64,000 bases of DNA from Octopus bimaculoides (GCF_001194135.2 NC_069001.1:18327257-18391256); one strand, 5' to 3'; counted from the first letter of the stretch, positions 11,760-25,180 are shown. A program made the numbers and translations. The notes: generated from the letters alone by a model not told the origin.

Positions 11760-12114
11760 CTGTAAAAACCCATGTAATTTGTGCACCTGTGTAATTTATG
11801 CAGGTGATTTTCAGGATAAAATATTTTTGAAAAAGCTTATACTCATGTAAATTTCAGATCCAAAAGTTTTCAGAATTGCTGATATGGCCAGGGAAAAAAA
11901 GGTTTTCAATTTAGTTGCATTTAGCATAATTTCACTTACTTATGATTAGATTTCATTAAATATAAATAATTTCTGTTTAACAGGTATCACATTAAAAGCT
12001 ATTAAATTACAAAGTGTTTGTGTTGTCTTCTATATTAATAAAATCTGTTTTGCTCACTCGGTATACTTTTTATGTTTGTGAAAAAAAGTGTGTAAATTAC
12101 ATGGGTTTTTACAG
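11760..12114. mobile_element. Tc1/mariner-pogo-type MITE
   Basis: Perfect 21-bp TIRs CTGTAAAAACCCATGTAATTT / AAATTACATGGGTTTTTACAG, flanked by TA on both sides; no ORF. Confidence 0.85.
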
Positions 12115-12789
12115 TAATAATTAGAAATTTTCTACAAATATACTTTAGATGGTGCAAATTCTGCTTGTATCTGAATTTGTTGGGAAATCTGAATTTGTTG
12201 GGAAGAAAATGTATTCGGAGGCATGAGGAGAGGAGATTCAGAAAATTTACACAGGTCAGCTTTGTTACCTCATAACTTTCGGAAAAGTGTTTTTAAATGA
12301 AGATTTTGACAAATACCCTTCAGAGTGTGTAGATTATGATTATATCAGAATTTAATACACAAGTAAAAACTGGTGGGATAGCACTCATACATAGTGACAC
12401 TCATCACATTTTTGTTTCTAAAAATTTATAATTCCAATATAAACCAAATCCACATCATATCTATACTATCTACACCATTAAAAATATCCATGTTTCTGAA
12501 AGTTATGGGAAAGGAAATTTGTTTGGGCACATATTTGTAGGTATACTCCAGCTAACCCAGGCCCATTACTATATACTGCTGCACGTGCGTTACAGGAAGT
12601 AAACATGCATTATTGTAGGATATATATACATACATACATACATATACAAGAATAAAATCCAGGGATCCTAGTGTAGGCAGTTTGTAAGCTTTAATCAGTT
12701 CACGGCAGGTAAAGAGAACAAAAAGTGGACAAGGTATGATAAAGAAAAATAACAATTTATTGACATCGAATTTTACACATTCTTTCCTA

Positions 12790-13320
12790 CATTGAACTTA
12801 TGAGAAAATTCAATAAGCTGATAGTTTCTTTATAGCCCACAATTGGTAGTTTCTTTATAACCCACAGCTGATAATTTCTTTACAGCCCACAGACCAATTA
12901 GAGTTGCTATGGATGCAAATAAAAATCCAAATTGAGCAAGCTGATCCTGTGATGTAATAGTTACTCATTGAGGGATGCTCAACTTAGCTAATCATCAGGT
13001 CAAGGTTAGCTTAATGAAATGAAAGTTACATTGTCACTTAGAATTCCCATGTCAACTCACTGCAGATGTGAATTGAAATGAAATGACATTGAAGGTTACA
13101 CACTTTTTCCCAAGTTGAAGTTATGGGGAAATTCAATAAGCAGATAAATTCTTTATAGTTGATGGTTAGCAACTAGAGTTGCTACAAATCCAAATAAAAA
13201 TACAAATTGTGAGAGTGGAATGGGTAAAATATACACTACATATGTTTCTTAGCTAGCTCAAGCTCGTGATGCAATTGTTATGCAATGAGTTGTACTTAAT
13301 GTTGCTAATCATCAGGCTGA
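12790..13320. repeat. Diverged tandem duplication (~325-bp period)
   Basis: GAA(C/G)TTATG.G.AAATTCAATAAGC.GATA, TAGAGTTGCTA...CAAATAAAAAT.CAAATTG and GCTAATCATCAGG each occur twice, about 260-325 bp apart. Confidence 0.6.
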
Positions 13321-13447
13321 GATTACATTAATTTTATGTTGTTGGCTGGAGTTTCTAAGTCAGCCACAACACAATGGTGAGCTCGGCTGAATAGAAAAAC
13401 TCGTTGTAAAAAATAAAAAATAAAAAAAACCCAAAACACAAAAACCA

Positions 13448-14772
13448 AGAATCAATGAGCAATACAGCAAAGGGTGAGACCCAAAATAAGCAAGAGTGGG
13501 TGTGGTTTAGAGTTGAGAAGTTGGAAGAAAAGGAGAAAGAAAGAAGAAAAAGGTAAAGAATTGATATCGTTATGGGAAAAGTATTGTGGTCATAAACATC
13601 TCTTCAAGAGAGGTGACAGCAGATTTTGCTGGCTGCTAGAATGCTGTCATCCAAATTTATATGGTTAAATTGGTGGCCATAGTTGGAGGAGTGCTGAGAA
13701 GGCTTGTCATGGTAGTAAAGTTTAGGGAAATAAAGGAAGGGTTTACCTAGAGAAAAAAAAACCTTCAATTTTATCTATATGGATGAACATATCCACATTG
13801 CCAGGTCCAGGGGATAGGGGTCACTCCACATAAAGATATACCTAATCGAGTTCTTATAACCAGCTTGATGTAGGGCACTATTATAATATTCGGCATATAG
13901 CTCGAGTATTTATTTCTTGGCAGATAGAGATGAACTATAGGATATGCTGTCAACAATTGATTTAAGGACAGAGGTGGGGTGATTAGTTAAAAAGCTTATA
14001 TAATTTAGGTTCTCACCTGGTTTGTGGTAGTCGTTTTATAGATCTAAGGCAACAGTGAAGAAGTCGGCAGTTTTAAGATTGGAGCTAAGGCCCATGTTCT
14101 TAAAGAAGGATATGATTCTTTTTCAATGGTGTTCGACTCTCAGTTACTATACCACTGGACTGCAAACAGAGTGTCATCCCTATATAGACCACTAGAAATA
14201 TTGGGAAAGTGATCCTGGAAACAGTGGAGATCAGTGACCTGGGCTGAGGCTTATATCAGAGGGGCAAATGAGGTGGACAGAAGGGTTTGCAACAAACTTT
14301 TCATTTCAAATTTATTTGAGGTGGTTTGAGCTTGAAACGTTCAGTTCTATCTTCCAGACTGAGGTTAAAAGTCATTAATTTTCATGGGGTGAGGGTTGAG
14401 TGTACTGTTCCTGCGTGTAAACCCTATATTTTTTCAAACTAATGAAATTCTTTTTGAAGTTATCCAGATTACTGTTAAGAGGAGGGTTTTTTGTGAGATC
14501 TAAATTCATTGAAGAAGGCTTGATAATTCTGGTTTTTAGGATTAGTAAGAGAGTTGTTAATAAAGAAGAAGGCCTTCCACATCATACAACAAATCAGTTC
14601 ATTGATACTGTGAACCATAAAACTCATGTATTCAGTTTTATTTGTTAATGGGATATCCTTGAGCAACAGGTTCAGAAAAGGAGAAAGAGTTTCTTCCCAC
14701 TCCTCAGCTCTAAACCATAACTACTCTTGCTTATGTTGGGTCTCACCCTTTGCTATATCACTCATTGGTTCT
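13448..14772 (-). mobile_element. Penelope-like element RT remnant flanked by 83-bp inverted repeats
   Basis: Minus strand reads SGLYRDD (around 14174-14194), then FFKNMGL..NLKTADFFTVALDL.NDYHKPGENLNYISFLTNHP (PLE RT motifs 5-7). Inverted arms at 13448-13530 and 14690-14772. Confidence 0.8.
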
Positions 14773-14819
14773 CAAAACTTACTTCTTGATTAAAAAAAAA
14801 ATTGTTTTAATTTTTCACT

Positions 14820-15313
14820 ATAAGCCCTTCTATTCAATTGAACAGCCTGGAGGTATAATAAAAAACACTTGCTCAGTGTGCTATGCAGCAGGACTGAACT
14901 TAGGACCATGTAGTTAGGAAGTAAACTACTTAACACATGACCATGCCTGTAGTTATAGACACACACAGAAACACATTCTTTCATTTGTTTCAGTCATTTG
15001 ATTGTGGCCATGCTGGAGCACCACCTTTAGTTAAACAAATCGACCCCATGACTTATTCTTTGTAAGCCAAGTACTTATTCTATCAATCTTTTTTGCTGAA
15101 CTGCTAAGTTACAGGGACGTAAACACACCAACACAAACACACACACACACACACACATATATATACACGACAGGCTTCTTTCAGTTTCCGTCTATCAAAT
15201 CCACTCACAAGGTTTTGGTTGGCCCAAGGCTATAGTAGAAGATACTTGCTCAAGGTGGGACTGAACCTGGAACTATGTGGTTGGTAAGCAAGCTACTTAC
15301 CACAGCCACTCCT
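14820..15313 (-). mobile_element. Two OR-type SINE copies
   Basis: Head at 14855-14950 and a near-complete copy at 14975-15313, matching the copies at 6214 and 8850. Confidence 0.8.
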
Positions 15314-15518
15314 NNNNNNNNNNAAAATGACTCAATAGCACACCCACATACACACATACATGCATATACATACACATACACATACACACATGTATTGAAG
15401 TTTGATTCTACACATGTGTGTGCATTTGTCTGACATGACTTCAGCTCATCAGAAATGTTTTTTATTTCCAGTGAAATTCTGCTAAATATAAGATAAACAA
15501 AGAGGCAGGGAGAGAGTG

Positions 15519-15558
<40 letters not shown>

Positions 15559-16131
15559 AAAGAGGGAAAGGAAAAGAGAAAAGTGAAGCATAAAATTAAG
15601 TGGAATATTAGAGATTGATGGTAACAGAAGTAGATGATGAGGATGGTGATGATGATGATTGTCATAGAAAAAGATAAGAAGGCAGGATAAAAGTAATTAA
15701 AAGCAGTGAAAGCAAAAAGTATAAAAAAATAGAAAGGCAAAAAGAAGGAAATAATGAAAGGAAAAAAAAAAGAAAGGAAAGAATGAATGAATGTGGGCAA
15801 GAAAGCAAGGAAGGATTTCCAATAGAATTCTTAATTCAATATATCCTTCACATGGTGGCAGATATCGCATCGCATCATGTCATATTGTTGTGGTGGTGTA
15901 CTGTTACAGTAGTAATATAAATAAAGGTCATGTTTGTTGTTGTTGTTGATGGTGGTGGTGGTGTGTGTATTGTGTGTTGTTTGTGTATGCGTTGCCTATT
16001 CCCTTGTGTAATGTGTCACGTATATGCCTGCTTGTGCATGAAACTGGTTATAGAGTTACATGCAACTAATTTCACTCTATCACCAACAATGCAACTGGTT
16101 ATACTATACTACCTGTATGACATCACTGCCA

Positions 16132-16318
16132 ACTTGCTACTACCTATGCAACACCACAGGTTACTTGTTACTACCTGTGCAACACCACTGGCTACTTGCT
16201 ACTACCTATGCAAAACTACTGACTACTTACTACTACATATGCAGCACCACTGGCTACTTGCTACTACATATGCAACACCACTGACTACTTGCTACTACCT
16301 AGGCAACACCACTCACTG
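16132..16318. repeat. 31-bp minisatellite, about 6 copies
   Basis: Unit ACTTGCTACTACCTATGCAACACCACTGGCT. Confidence 0.9.
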
Positions 16319-16445
16319 TTAATTCAAAACATGTTATACTCAATGGTGGCAAAAATGATATTTTATATAAATTTTTTTTCATCTGTGATAAAAGTACATG
16401 TGATCTGAGAGTATAATAAACAATTATTATTAATAACTACATTAA

Positions 16446-16665
16446 AGCAGTGAGCTACCAGAATCGTTATCACACCAGGCAAAATGCTTAGAGGCATTTC
16501 ATCCATATTCACATTCTGAGTTCAAATTTTGCTGAGGTCGACTTTACTTTTCATCCTTTAGGGGGCAATAAATTAAGTACAAGTGAAACACTGGGGCTGA
16601 TGTAATCGACTAGTCCCCTCCCACCAAAATTCAGGACTTGTGCCTTTAGTAGAAAGGACTATTAA
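16446..16665 (+). mobile_element. tRNA-derived SINE with Nin/Deu-like central domain
   Basis: GCAGTGAGCT..CAGAATCGTT...TTCTGAGTTCAAAT...GAGGTCGACTTT.C.TTTCATCCTTT...ATAAATTAAGTAC. Confidence 0.8.
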
Positions 16666-18019
16666 TAACTACATTATTATTAGCAATTACCTTTTGGATG
16701 CAGAGATAGTTTTCATGTGCACATTAATTTCTTTTGTGCATGCTGGCAAAATGAGTCATTTCAAATGAGAAGAGCAAACAAGAAACCTTTATTGAATGAT
16801 TGAGGTCTGTGGCTAAGCCTTACACATAGTTTGTCTTCAAAAAGGAATATACCAGCTCTCAACAAGGCTCAGCCTGCATAGATATAGCAGCCAAATCTCC
16901 CTCAGATTACATTTTATTGCATCTTAAAAAAGGAATGACACTACAAAGAAAAAAAAAAAAGGTCAGATAGCTGCTTTAGACCAAAAATATATATTGTGGC
17001 TATTCCCACCTCGTACTAACAGTATCTCAGCCAGATTATGTCTCTGGCCACCAAATGAAAGCTGACCTTTGAAAAATGATTTAATTGGTGAATATCATGC
17101 TTGGTGTTTCTGTGACCTCAATCAATCCTTTTAATTCATCAAAAGCTCACATATAATCAGAAACCAGTAGCAGTGGCATAGTGAAACATGAATGAACTCT
17201 ACTACATCATTTGAGCAATCATTTAATTGTATTTCCACTCATACATATATACATGTACATACATATATACACACATATAGATGCATATAGGTATACACTT
17301 ATTAGTTTAAATACCTGATGAGAAAAAAAGGGGGAAGGATTTCGTTATATTGCTCTAATTTAATTCTATGTTCTAAGTATCAAACTAAGTTTAGTGACTC
17401 TGTTTTATTTCGTGCATTCACCTCGTGTCCTTTTAAAGTGAACTTTTGGACTGCCTTCTAATTTGCATGCTGGTTTGTTTCGTAAGTGGCGTGATACTTT
17501 TTGCACATGGATCTTTAGGTTCTGCTTTAATCAGAGTGTATTTTTGAGTATACATTGCTCACATATTCACTCCATTATTTGAGTAGCATTCGAGTAATGT
17601 AATAATTCTGTAGTAAAAAAAAAACAAATTTTTTAGTTTGGGGCTTAAACTTTTCATTAGAAAGTCAAAATCAATGCAATATATTGAAAAAGAAGAAAAC
17701 AGGAGTATTGGAGAAATATGTTTTATCTGTGACAGGTTATATTAGAAAAGGTTAGCAGTTAGAATGATCAAGGGTGAGAAGGAAGAGAGGTTTCATATAA
17801 TACGAGAGCACCAAGTGATGTAATTGTAAGCAAGTGTGTGTTGTTCTTCAACTGTTGGTCAACACAGTGTGAGACTAATATGGATGAATGTAATTTCACA
17901 GTGTGTGTGTGTGTGTAGTGTAAATATGTAACTGTACATATTTGTGTGTATATATCTGCTTTTGGTTTGTGTATGTGATGGCATTTAGCTTGCATGTATT
18001 AGTGGAGTTGAGTTCGTTT

Positions 18020-18250
18020 ATATGGCCAGGCTCCAACCCAGGCTGCAGTAACAAAGTATACCCCTTTCCTCACACTTCTCACTCCATTATCACTACCTTG
18101 ATGTCCTGGATACATTCCAGGCCAGTGTCTGCAATCAAGTTGTCAATGTAAGTGTGATGTTTTCCTCTTCTTACATTGCCATTAAGTGGATTCTACAGGA
18201 CTAATTTGTGCTTCCAATTCATGGTGGCACATGCAGTGACCAAATAGTTA
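18020..18250 (-). mobile_element. RTE-like LINE C-terminal fragment (same family as 55790-57120)
   Basis: NPLNGNVRRGKHHTYIDNLIADTGLECIQDI versus NPLHGDVRRGKHCHTYTENSIADSGLECIQDL in the 56-kb copy. Confidence 0.75.
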
Positions 18251-18344
18251 CACCCGTCTTTGCCTGATCTTAAGTAAAACATGCATATTGTTCTGATGAA
18301 GTGGGAAGGTGTTTCAGCAGTTGTGTGGGGTATGTGTGTATATA

Positions 18345-19125
18345 TGTGTGCAAATTAAAAATAACATTGTTAAATATAAATTTAAGGTCATTCATAAATA
18401 TTTTAACATTGATAATAGATATAATGAAACTATAAACCACAAAACCATCAGGATTGGTTTTAGCCTAACTCCTAATTTATTTACAATTATATCATCAATC
18501 AACAACAGAAAATTAAATAAATTCTACACCAATAGACAATAATTCTACTAATTCTCCTAAACTTAAACTATATCTCCCAAATTCCACCAACTCTAATAAC
18601 AATGGCCACATAATTCCCAATGATGGAATTGTTATAACCTTTATTAACTCCATTAATAACAATTCTTCTTATAAATGCACACATAATAACATTTATGAAA
18701 AGTGTGATTGTGAAGTTAAAACTAATTGCAAGTTTAAGAATTCATGTAAGAGAAGAAATGTAGTCTATCAATGCACAGTTGTAACACTGGGTAAAAAACA
18801 TTTCTATATAGGCTCTACTGAAAATAAAGTTAAGACTCGCATGGCTAACCATCTCCAATCTTTTAAAAATAAACAGAAAATCAACTCCACTAGATTAAGC
18901 AAATTTATATGGGAATTAAAAGATAATAACATTGAATTTGAAATTAAATGTGATATCATTGCTTCTGCAATGGCTTATAAAATTAATAACAAGAAATGTA
19001 ATCTATGCATCATGGAAGCTTTCCATATGTTTACTTCTAGGAATGCCCTACTTAATTTATGAAAAGAGAAAAATATTTCTTGTATTTATGTGGGAAAATA
19101 TGTCTTCTCTAAATTTAAGTAATTA
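18345..19125 (+). mobile_element. Penelope-like element thumb/linker and GIY-YIG endonuclease remnant
   Basis: KVIHKYF...TIRIGFSLTPNLFTIISSINNRKL, then CDC...CKFKNSCKRRNVVYQC...FYIGSTENKVKTRMANHLQSF...STRLSKFIWELK...CNLC. Confidence 0.88.
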
Positions 19126-19185
19126 ATTAATATGATTAAATTATCAAATAATATAAATATACTATATAATATAAAAAATAATAAA

Positions 19186-19432
19186 TGTGCCCTTTTAAAG
19201 CCTAGCCAGGCTCATGGGCCCGGTTTCCTGGTTTCAATGGCGTATGTGTTCTCCAGCTGGACGGGACACCAGTCCATCGCAGTGTTACTCATTTTTGCCA
19301 GCTGAGTGGACTGGAGCAACGTGAAATGAAGTGTTTTGCTGAAGAACACAACGCGTTGCCCGGTCTAGGAATCGAAACCACAATCTTACGATCATGATGC
19401 TGACACCCTAACCACTAAGCCACACGCCTCCA
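19186..19432 (-). mobile_element. tRNA-derived CORE-like SINE, full length
   Basis: Reverse complement reads GGAGGCGTGTGGCTTAGTGGTTAGGGTG...GGTTTCGATTCC...GTGTTCTTCAGCAAAACACTTCATTTCACGTTGCTCCAGTCCACTCAGCTG. Confidence 0.88.
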
Positions 19433-20049
19433 CACTATATAATATAGCACAACAATAATATAAAAATATATTATATAACATTAATAACTGTTTGAATTCT
19501 TTTTTTTAAATGCTTTTCACTGAAAAATTTGTATAATCCCTTGAACTCCACTAATATAATTCCCATCCTCCCAAACTTTTACTTAACTATACTACTACTA
19601 ATAATAATGACTATAACCATTATATCTAAAACTTAAATTATTATTGCACCCATTACCTCACATAAATAACCACCTTTAGATATTCTTAGTAACCATTTAC
19701 TAACATTTGAACATACACACTTGGTAACATTAATAATTGTTTGGCTATTGTTTACCTCCTTGTCTTACATTAATAACCACATTTACACATCCTTAACAAC
19801 ATCTTAATACCCTTTGAATGCACATGTATATATATAGATATATGATATATGAGTGTGAGTGTGTATAAATATACAAATTTATGTATATATGAATATGTAT
19901 GTATAGGCATGTATATATGTATGTGTGTGTATGTATATGTGTGTACATACATATATGTATACATAAGTGTTTGTGTGTGTATATATATATATATATATAT
20001 GAATGTGTATGTGTGTGTATGTACATGTATGTGGACATAAATATATATA

Positions 20050-20915
20050 TCATCACCATCATCATCGTTTAACGTCCGCTTTCCATGCTGGCATGGGTTG
20101 GACGGTTTGACTGGAGACTGGTGAGCCAGATGGCTGCACCAGGCTCCAATCTGATCTGGCAGAGTTTCTACAGCTGGATGCCCTTCCTAACGCTAACCAC
20201 TCCAAGAGTGTAGTGGGTGCTTTTACGTGCCACTGGCACGAGGGCCAGTCAGGCGGTACTGGCAATGGTGTTTTTACGTGTCACCTGCACAGGAGCCGGT
20301 CCAGCGACGCTGGTAATGCTCTCGCTTGAATGTTATTTTCCACGTATCACCGGCACAAGTGCCAGTAAGTAACGATCACACTTGAATGGTGTCTTAGTGC
20401 TCTACTAGCACGGATACCAGTCATGTGGTGCTGTCATCGAATTTAATTTCGATTTCACTTGCCTCAACAGGTCTTCGCAAGCAGAGTTTAGTGTCCAATG
20501 AAAGAAAGGTATGCCGAAGTGGGCTGGTTACACCCTTGTCATAGGCCACGGGTTACGGTCTCACTTGGCTTGCCGGGTCTTCTCGAGCACAGTATATTTC
20601 CAAAGGTCTCGGTCACTAGTCATTGCCTCAGTGAGGCCTAATGTTCGAAGGTCGTGCTTCACCACCTCATCCCAGGTCTTCCTGGGTCTACTTCTTCCAC
20701 AAGTTCCCTCAACCGCTAGAGTGTGACACTTTTTCACACAGCTATCTTCATCCATTCGTACTTCATGACCATACCAGCACAGTCATCTCCCTTGCACACC
20801 ACATCTGATGCTTCTTAGGTCTAATTTTTCTCTCAAGGCACTTATACTCTATCAAGTATGCACACTGACATGACACATCCAGCGGAGCATACTGGCTTCG
20901 TTCCTTGCAAGCTTA
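20050..20915 (-). mobile_element. 5'-truncated RTE LINE
   Basis: MDEDSCVKKCHTLAVEGTCGRSRPRKTWDEVVKHDLRTLGLTEAMTSDRDLWKY plus the shared tail. Confidence 0.9.
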
Positions 20916-21203
20916 TACATATATATATACTATTTAAATCAATATATGCCTATTTATTTATTTGTTTATTTATAGTAGTATATATATTTGTACATGCAAT
21001 TTAAATTAATATGTGCCTATTATTTGTTTATTTTATTTTTTTTATATACAAACATCTGTACACTTCAAAATTATTCTTCAGCTCACATGATTCTCTCCCC
21101 TCCTATACATTTTTTCAAATACAACTAAACAAAATTGAACATGCATAATTATATGAGTATATGAGTACACGCATATGTATGTGTGTATGTATGTATGTGT
21201 ATA

Positions 21204-21247
<44 letters not shown>

Positions 21248-22059
21248 TATTTATATGCACACCTTATGCATTCTTATAATTTATTTCCATTAAAATAATT
21301 CTCTCTCCAGTTATAATAATTTTTACATACAGCTAAATAAAATACTTTCTTTTTCTTTATACTTATGTTGATGTATGCATATGCATACGCAAGTAATTAA
21401 TTATAAAGATACATATTTGAAAGTGTAAGTATGCAGATGTATATCTATGTACACATGTGTGTGTAAGAATACACAGATACATGCCTGTATATGTATATAT
21501 GTACATGTATACATGTGTGAGTATGAGCACATACACATGAGTGTGCAGATATACATATATGTGTTTATGCAGGTGCATGTGTATACATATGCGGGTATAT
21601 GTGTGTATGTATGTGCATGTATATATGCATATATGTATGCATGTGTGTGTGTGTGTGCATGTATATATGCATATATGTNNNNNNNNNNNNNNNNNNNNNN
21701 NNNNNNNNNNNNNNNNNNNNNNNNNNNNNNNNNNNNNNNNNNNNNNNNNNNNNNNNNNNNNNNNNNNNNNNNNNNNNNNNNNNNNNNNNNNNNNNNNNNN
21801 NNNNNNNNNNNNNNNNNNNNNNNNNNNNNNNNNNNNNNNNNNNNNNNNNNNNNNNNNNNNNNNNNNNNNNNNNNNNNNNNNNNNNNNNNNNNNNNTGTGT
21901 GAGTATATATGTATGCATATATCCATAGATACGAGAGTGTGTGTGTGTGTGTATGTATGCTGAGATGTACATGTACATGGGTGTATATTTGTAATATATG
22001 TAGGCATATCTATCTACATATCTCTATGTGTCTGCAGGCACGTATAGCTACATGGTTCT

Positions 22060-22935
22060 AGGTAAATTCCACCATGGAAAATTCCACCAGGTAAATTCCA
22101 CCCATGGACAGACTTCCAATATAAGCTGCTCCTGCTAATAATCACCGTGGTCAGGACCTATGTTATTTAATCTGTCTGTCTCTCAAGTCTTAAGAAGAGA
22201 GAGAGAGAGTCTGAAGATGAGATAGAAAATAATCTTTATAATCTACTTGAACTAAGATGGGATCACTTTAATGTACTCCCATTGAGCAAGAATCTATGAA
22301 AAAGACTCATCACAAAATTTCAAAAATAATATAATTTGGGATAAAGAAAGAAAAATTAAATTTTAGCCCACATTTTATTATAACAATAGGATAAAAAATA
22401 GCAGCGAGTACATTGTGAAGCAGAGTTAGGAAAAGAAAGTTTAATTTCTTTAAAAATTTCTTAAGATGAATTGTGTGCCATACTTCTTAAAAATTCCTGA
22501 ACTCGCTTCTTCAGCCGTGTATCAATAATTTGATAGGTCTTTTTTTATTTATTATTTTTTTTATTGTTGAGTCTCCATGTCGAATGTGTGCAATTTTTCT
22601 CTGGCTTAATCCTTCCTCAGCTTCGAGGGCAGTGCATAGTTTCCATAAATTTGGATATGTGGATTTTAGTGTGGATGAGTGCAAAGCATTGTGAAACCCT
22701 TCTAAAGAATTATTTGATCTTGGCAAGTCCTTTAAGACACGATCACATATATTCCAAAGTTGTATAGGAAAATGTGGGATTTCTCTTCACCAACAAGGAC
22801 CATGCCCCTTACAATCCCACTGTATGTAATCTCAAAATAGGTGATAAACTCAGAAGGGATGTCTTCATTGTTAGACAAATCTTCAAATACATTGACAACA
22901 TCTTCAACGTATTTTTTGTATTCATTGACATTATT
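22060..22935 (-). mobile_element. MULE/Mutator-type transposase C-terminal remnant with subterminal repeats
   Basis: PRSNNSLEGFHNALH...YPNLWKLCTALEAEE (RTNN.LEG.H motif); short repeats (G)TAAATTCCACC at 22060-22105. Confidence 0.7.
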
Positions 22936-23056
22936 GATATTATTTTTTATGCATTCTNNNNNNNNNNNNNNNNNNNNNNNNNNNNNNNNNNNNNNNNNNN
23001 NNNNNNNNNNNNNNNNNNNNNNNNNNNNNNNNNNNNNNNNNNNNNNNNNNNNNNNN

Positions 23057-23560
23057 NTTTACAATCCAATGTGACTCCCTAATTGAGGCTTGGAGACCAG
23101 ATATTGTTGTAATAAATAAAGAAAAAGGGAAACCAAAGTTATAGATATTGCAATACATGGGGATGCACACATAAATGACAAAAAACTAGAATAAATTGAA
23201 AAATACAGACTACTAAAAGATGAAATTGCAAGAATGTGGACTATGAGGAGTGTGTCTGTCATCCCAGTAGTTGTAGGGGCACTCGGAATCCTAACAACCA
23301 AGTTCAAGAAATATGTCAGAGAAATCGGAATTGACATGAGAGCAGAACAAGCTCAAAAGACTGCGCTGCTGGGGACAGCTAGGATATTGAGGTTGGTACT
23401 TGGATGTTGAATGTCTCCTATGATAATTAACAACCAAGTACCAAAGCTTATAATGTGTGGAAAGAGACCCTGTGAGACCTCCAACAGCAGGCTGCTGTCA
23501 GCTCTCACAGAATCTACCAGAGCAAACAAGATTGAGCACTCTGAGAAGTAAAACAATAAC
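23057..23560 (+). mobile_element. R4/Dong-type non-LTR retrotransposon 3' end (restriction-like endonuclease)
   Basis: PDIVVINKEKRETKVIDIAIHGD...IEKYRLLKDEIARMW...PVVVGALG...QKTALLGTARILRLVL; ends in AATAACAATAA. Confidence 0.85.
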
Positions 23561-23575
23561 AATAAGGCATCTATG

Positions 23576-23840
23576 AAATCATCATCATCGTTTAACGTCC
23601 GCTTTCCATGCTAGCATGGGTTGGACGATTTGACTGAGGACTGGGAGCCTGGTGTTGCCATCCGGTTGGATGGCAACACCAGGCTCCAATCTAAATTTGG
23701 CAGAGTTTCTACAGCTGGATGCCCTTCCTAACGCCAACCACTCAGAGAGTGTAGTAGGTGCTTTTACGTGTCACCTGCACGAAGGCCAGTCAGGCGATAC
23801 TGGCAACGGCCACGCTCGAAATGGTGTCTTTTATGTGCCA
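23576..23840 (-). mobile_element. RTE 3' UTR/tail fragment
   Basis: Near-identical to the tails at 9288 and 20050. Confidence 0.85.
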
Positions 23841-24129
23841 GCTATCAGTAAAAGAGATATTTTAAACCTACACTGTAAAAAGTCTCAATGAATATCAAAG
23901 TGACCTTATTTTGAGGTCAGCTAATATCCAGGGCAAGAAAGATTAAGGCTAATTGGATGGATATTGTCAAAGCAAACTAGAAAAGGAAACATCTCCTGCA
24001 ATCACAGTATCATTTCTAACAGAGGTTAAAATAACTCTATATATTGAACTCGAAGTTGAGGCAACCAGAATATCTGGACTGAAAACAGAAAGAATCCCTC
24101 CAATAACTAGGAATAATTAAAAATATGGT

Positions 24130-25180
24130 TTGGACAAAATTTGAGTAAGACTGACTGTTACCCTTGTAGCCAGGTCTCCTGTCATCTAGTTCTTATTCAC
24201 CTGGAAATCAGGTGCCAAGCTTGTCTGGATCTATCTTTGCTCTTACCAATGCCTTGTACTCTGACCACCTCCTTTTCTGTGGTGTCCAGCTACTGTTCTC
24301 CAATGCACAGACACATCCACAGAATTGTCCCATTCTCCTTAACCATTTTTACCAGTGACTCACCTTCTGACAAATTCATTGGAGGAGAGTAGTCCTCTTT
24401 CCACCCTCACTTTCCTTTTGAAGAAGGTTGATGAGGACTTGACCATCTTCATGTATGGTGTCTGTCCTCAATCCTTTCATCCTTATCTACCACACAACCT
24501 CTTTCACCAAAGCCATCTGAGCAAGGAAAGCAGTCCCCAAGCCTTACTGAGTGGTGAGATGATATTTATGATTGACTGGGTTGAAAGTTAAATGTTTCCT
24601 ACATGTAATACAACTCCACAAGTCAGCAATGCTTGGACACTACATGAATGCATACAACAGGGTTTCATCCCTCTGCATGCACCTCAGACGATTCCATCTA
24701 GCAGAACTTCCATCTCTGTAGAATTTATCTCAAACTGGTAGTGCCCTTGAGTACCACTGCCAGACCAAGGTTTTTTACAAGTTATCCCTGATTGTCCCTG
24801 GTCCAAAAGTCCACTGGAACAGACTGGCTAAAACATTTCATACTCTTCAAGGGTATCATTCTCCCAGCCCATTTAAGGATGAGGCTGGCCACTCTGGGAC
24901 CAAACCAGACTCTGATCAAGTTAACCACTCCATCTGTGCAGTGACCCATGAGGCTTTTTGATGACATAGACTAGCTTCAACAAGGGCCACGCTGCAAGCC
25001 CACTAACTTGTCCAGAATTATCTTTGCTCTTACCATCACCTCATATTCCAACCACCTCCACTTCAGTAGTGTCCAACACCCTTAACATATTGTCATCTGC
25101 ATACAATGACGCAGCCATCCTGCATTCCAGCTCAAATGAGATGCACCTCAACAATTCCATGTTTCACAGCAATGGTTTGA
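24130..25180 (-). mobile_element. Highly degraded non-LTR retrotransposon-like remnant
   Basis: Higher-complexity block with broken LINE-like reading frames; clade not assigned. Confidence 0.3.
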
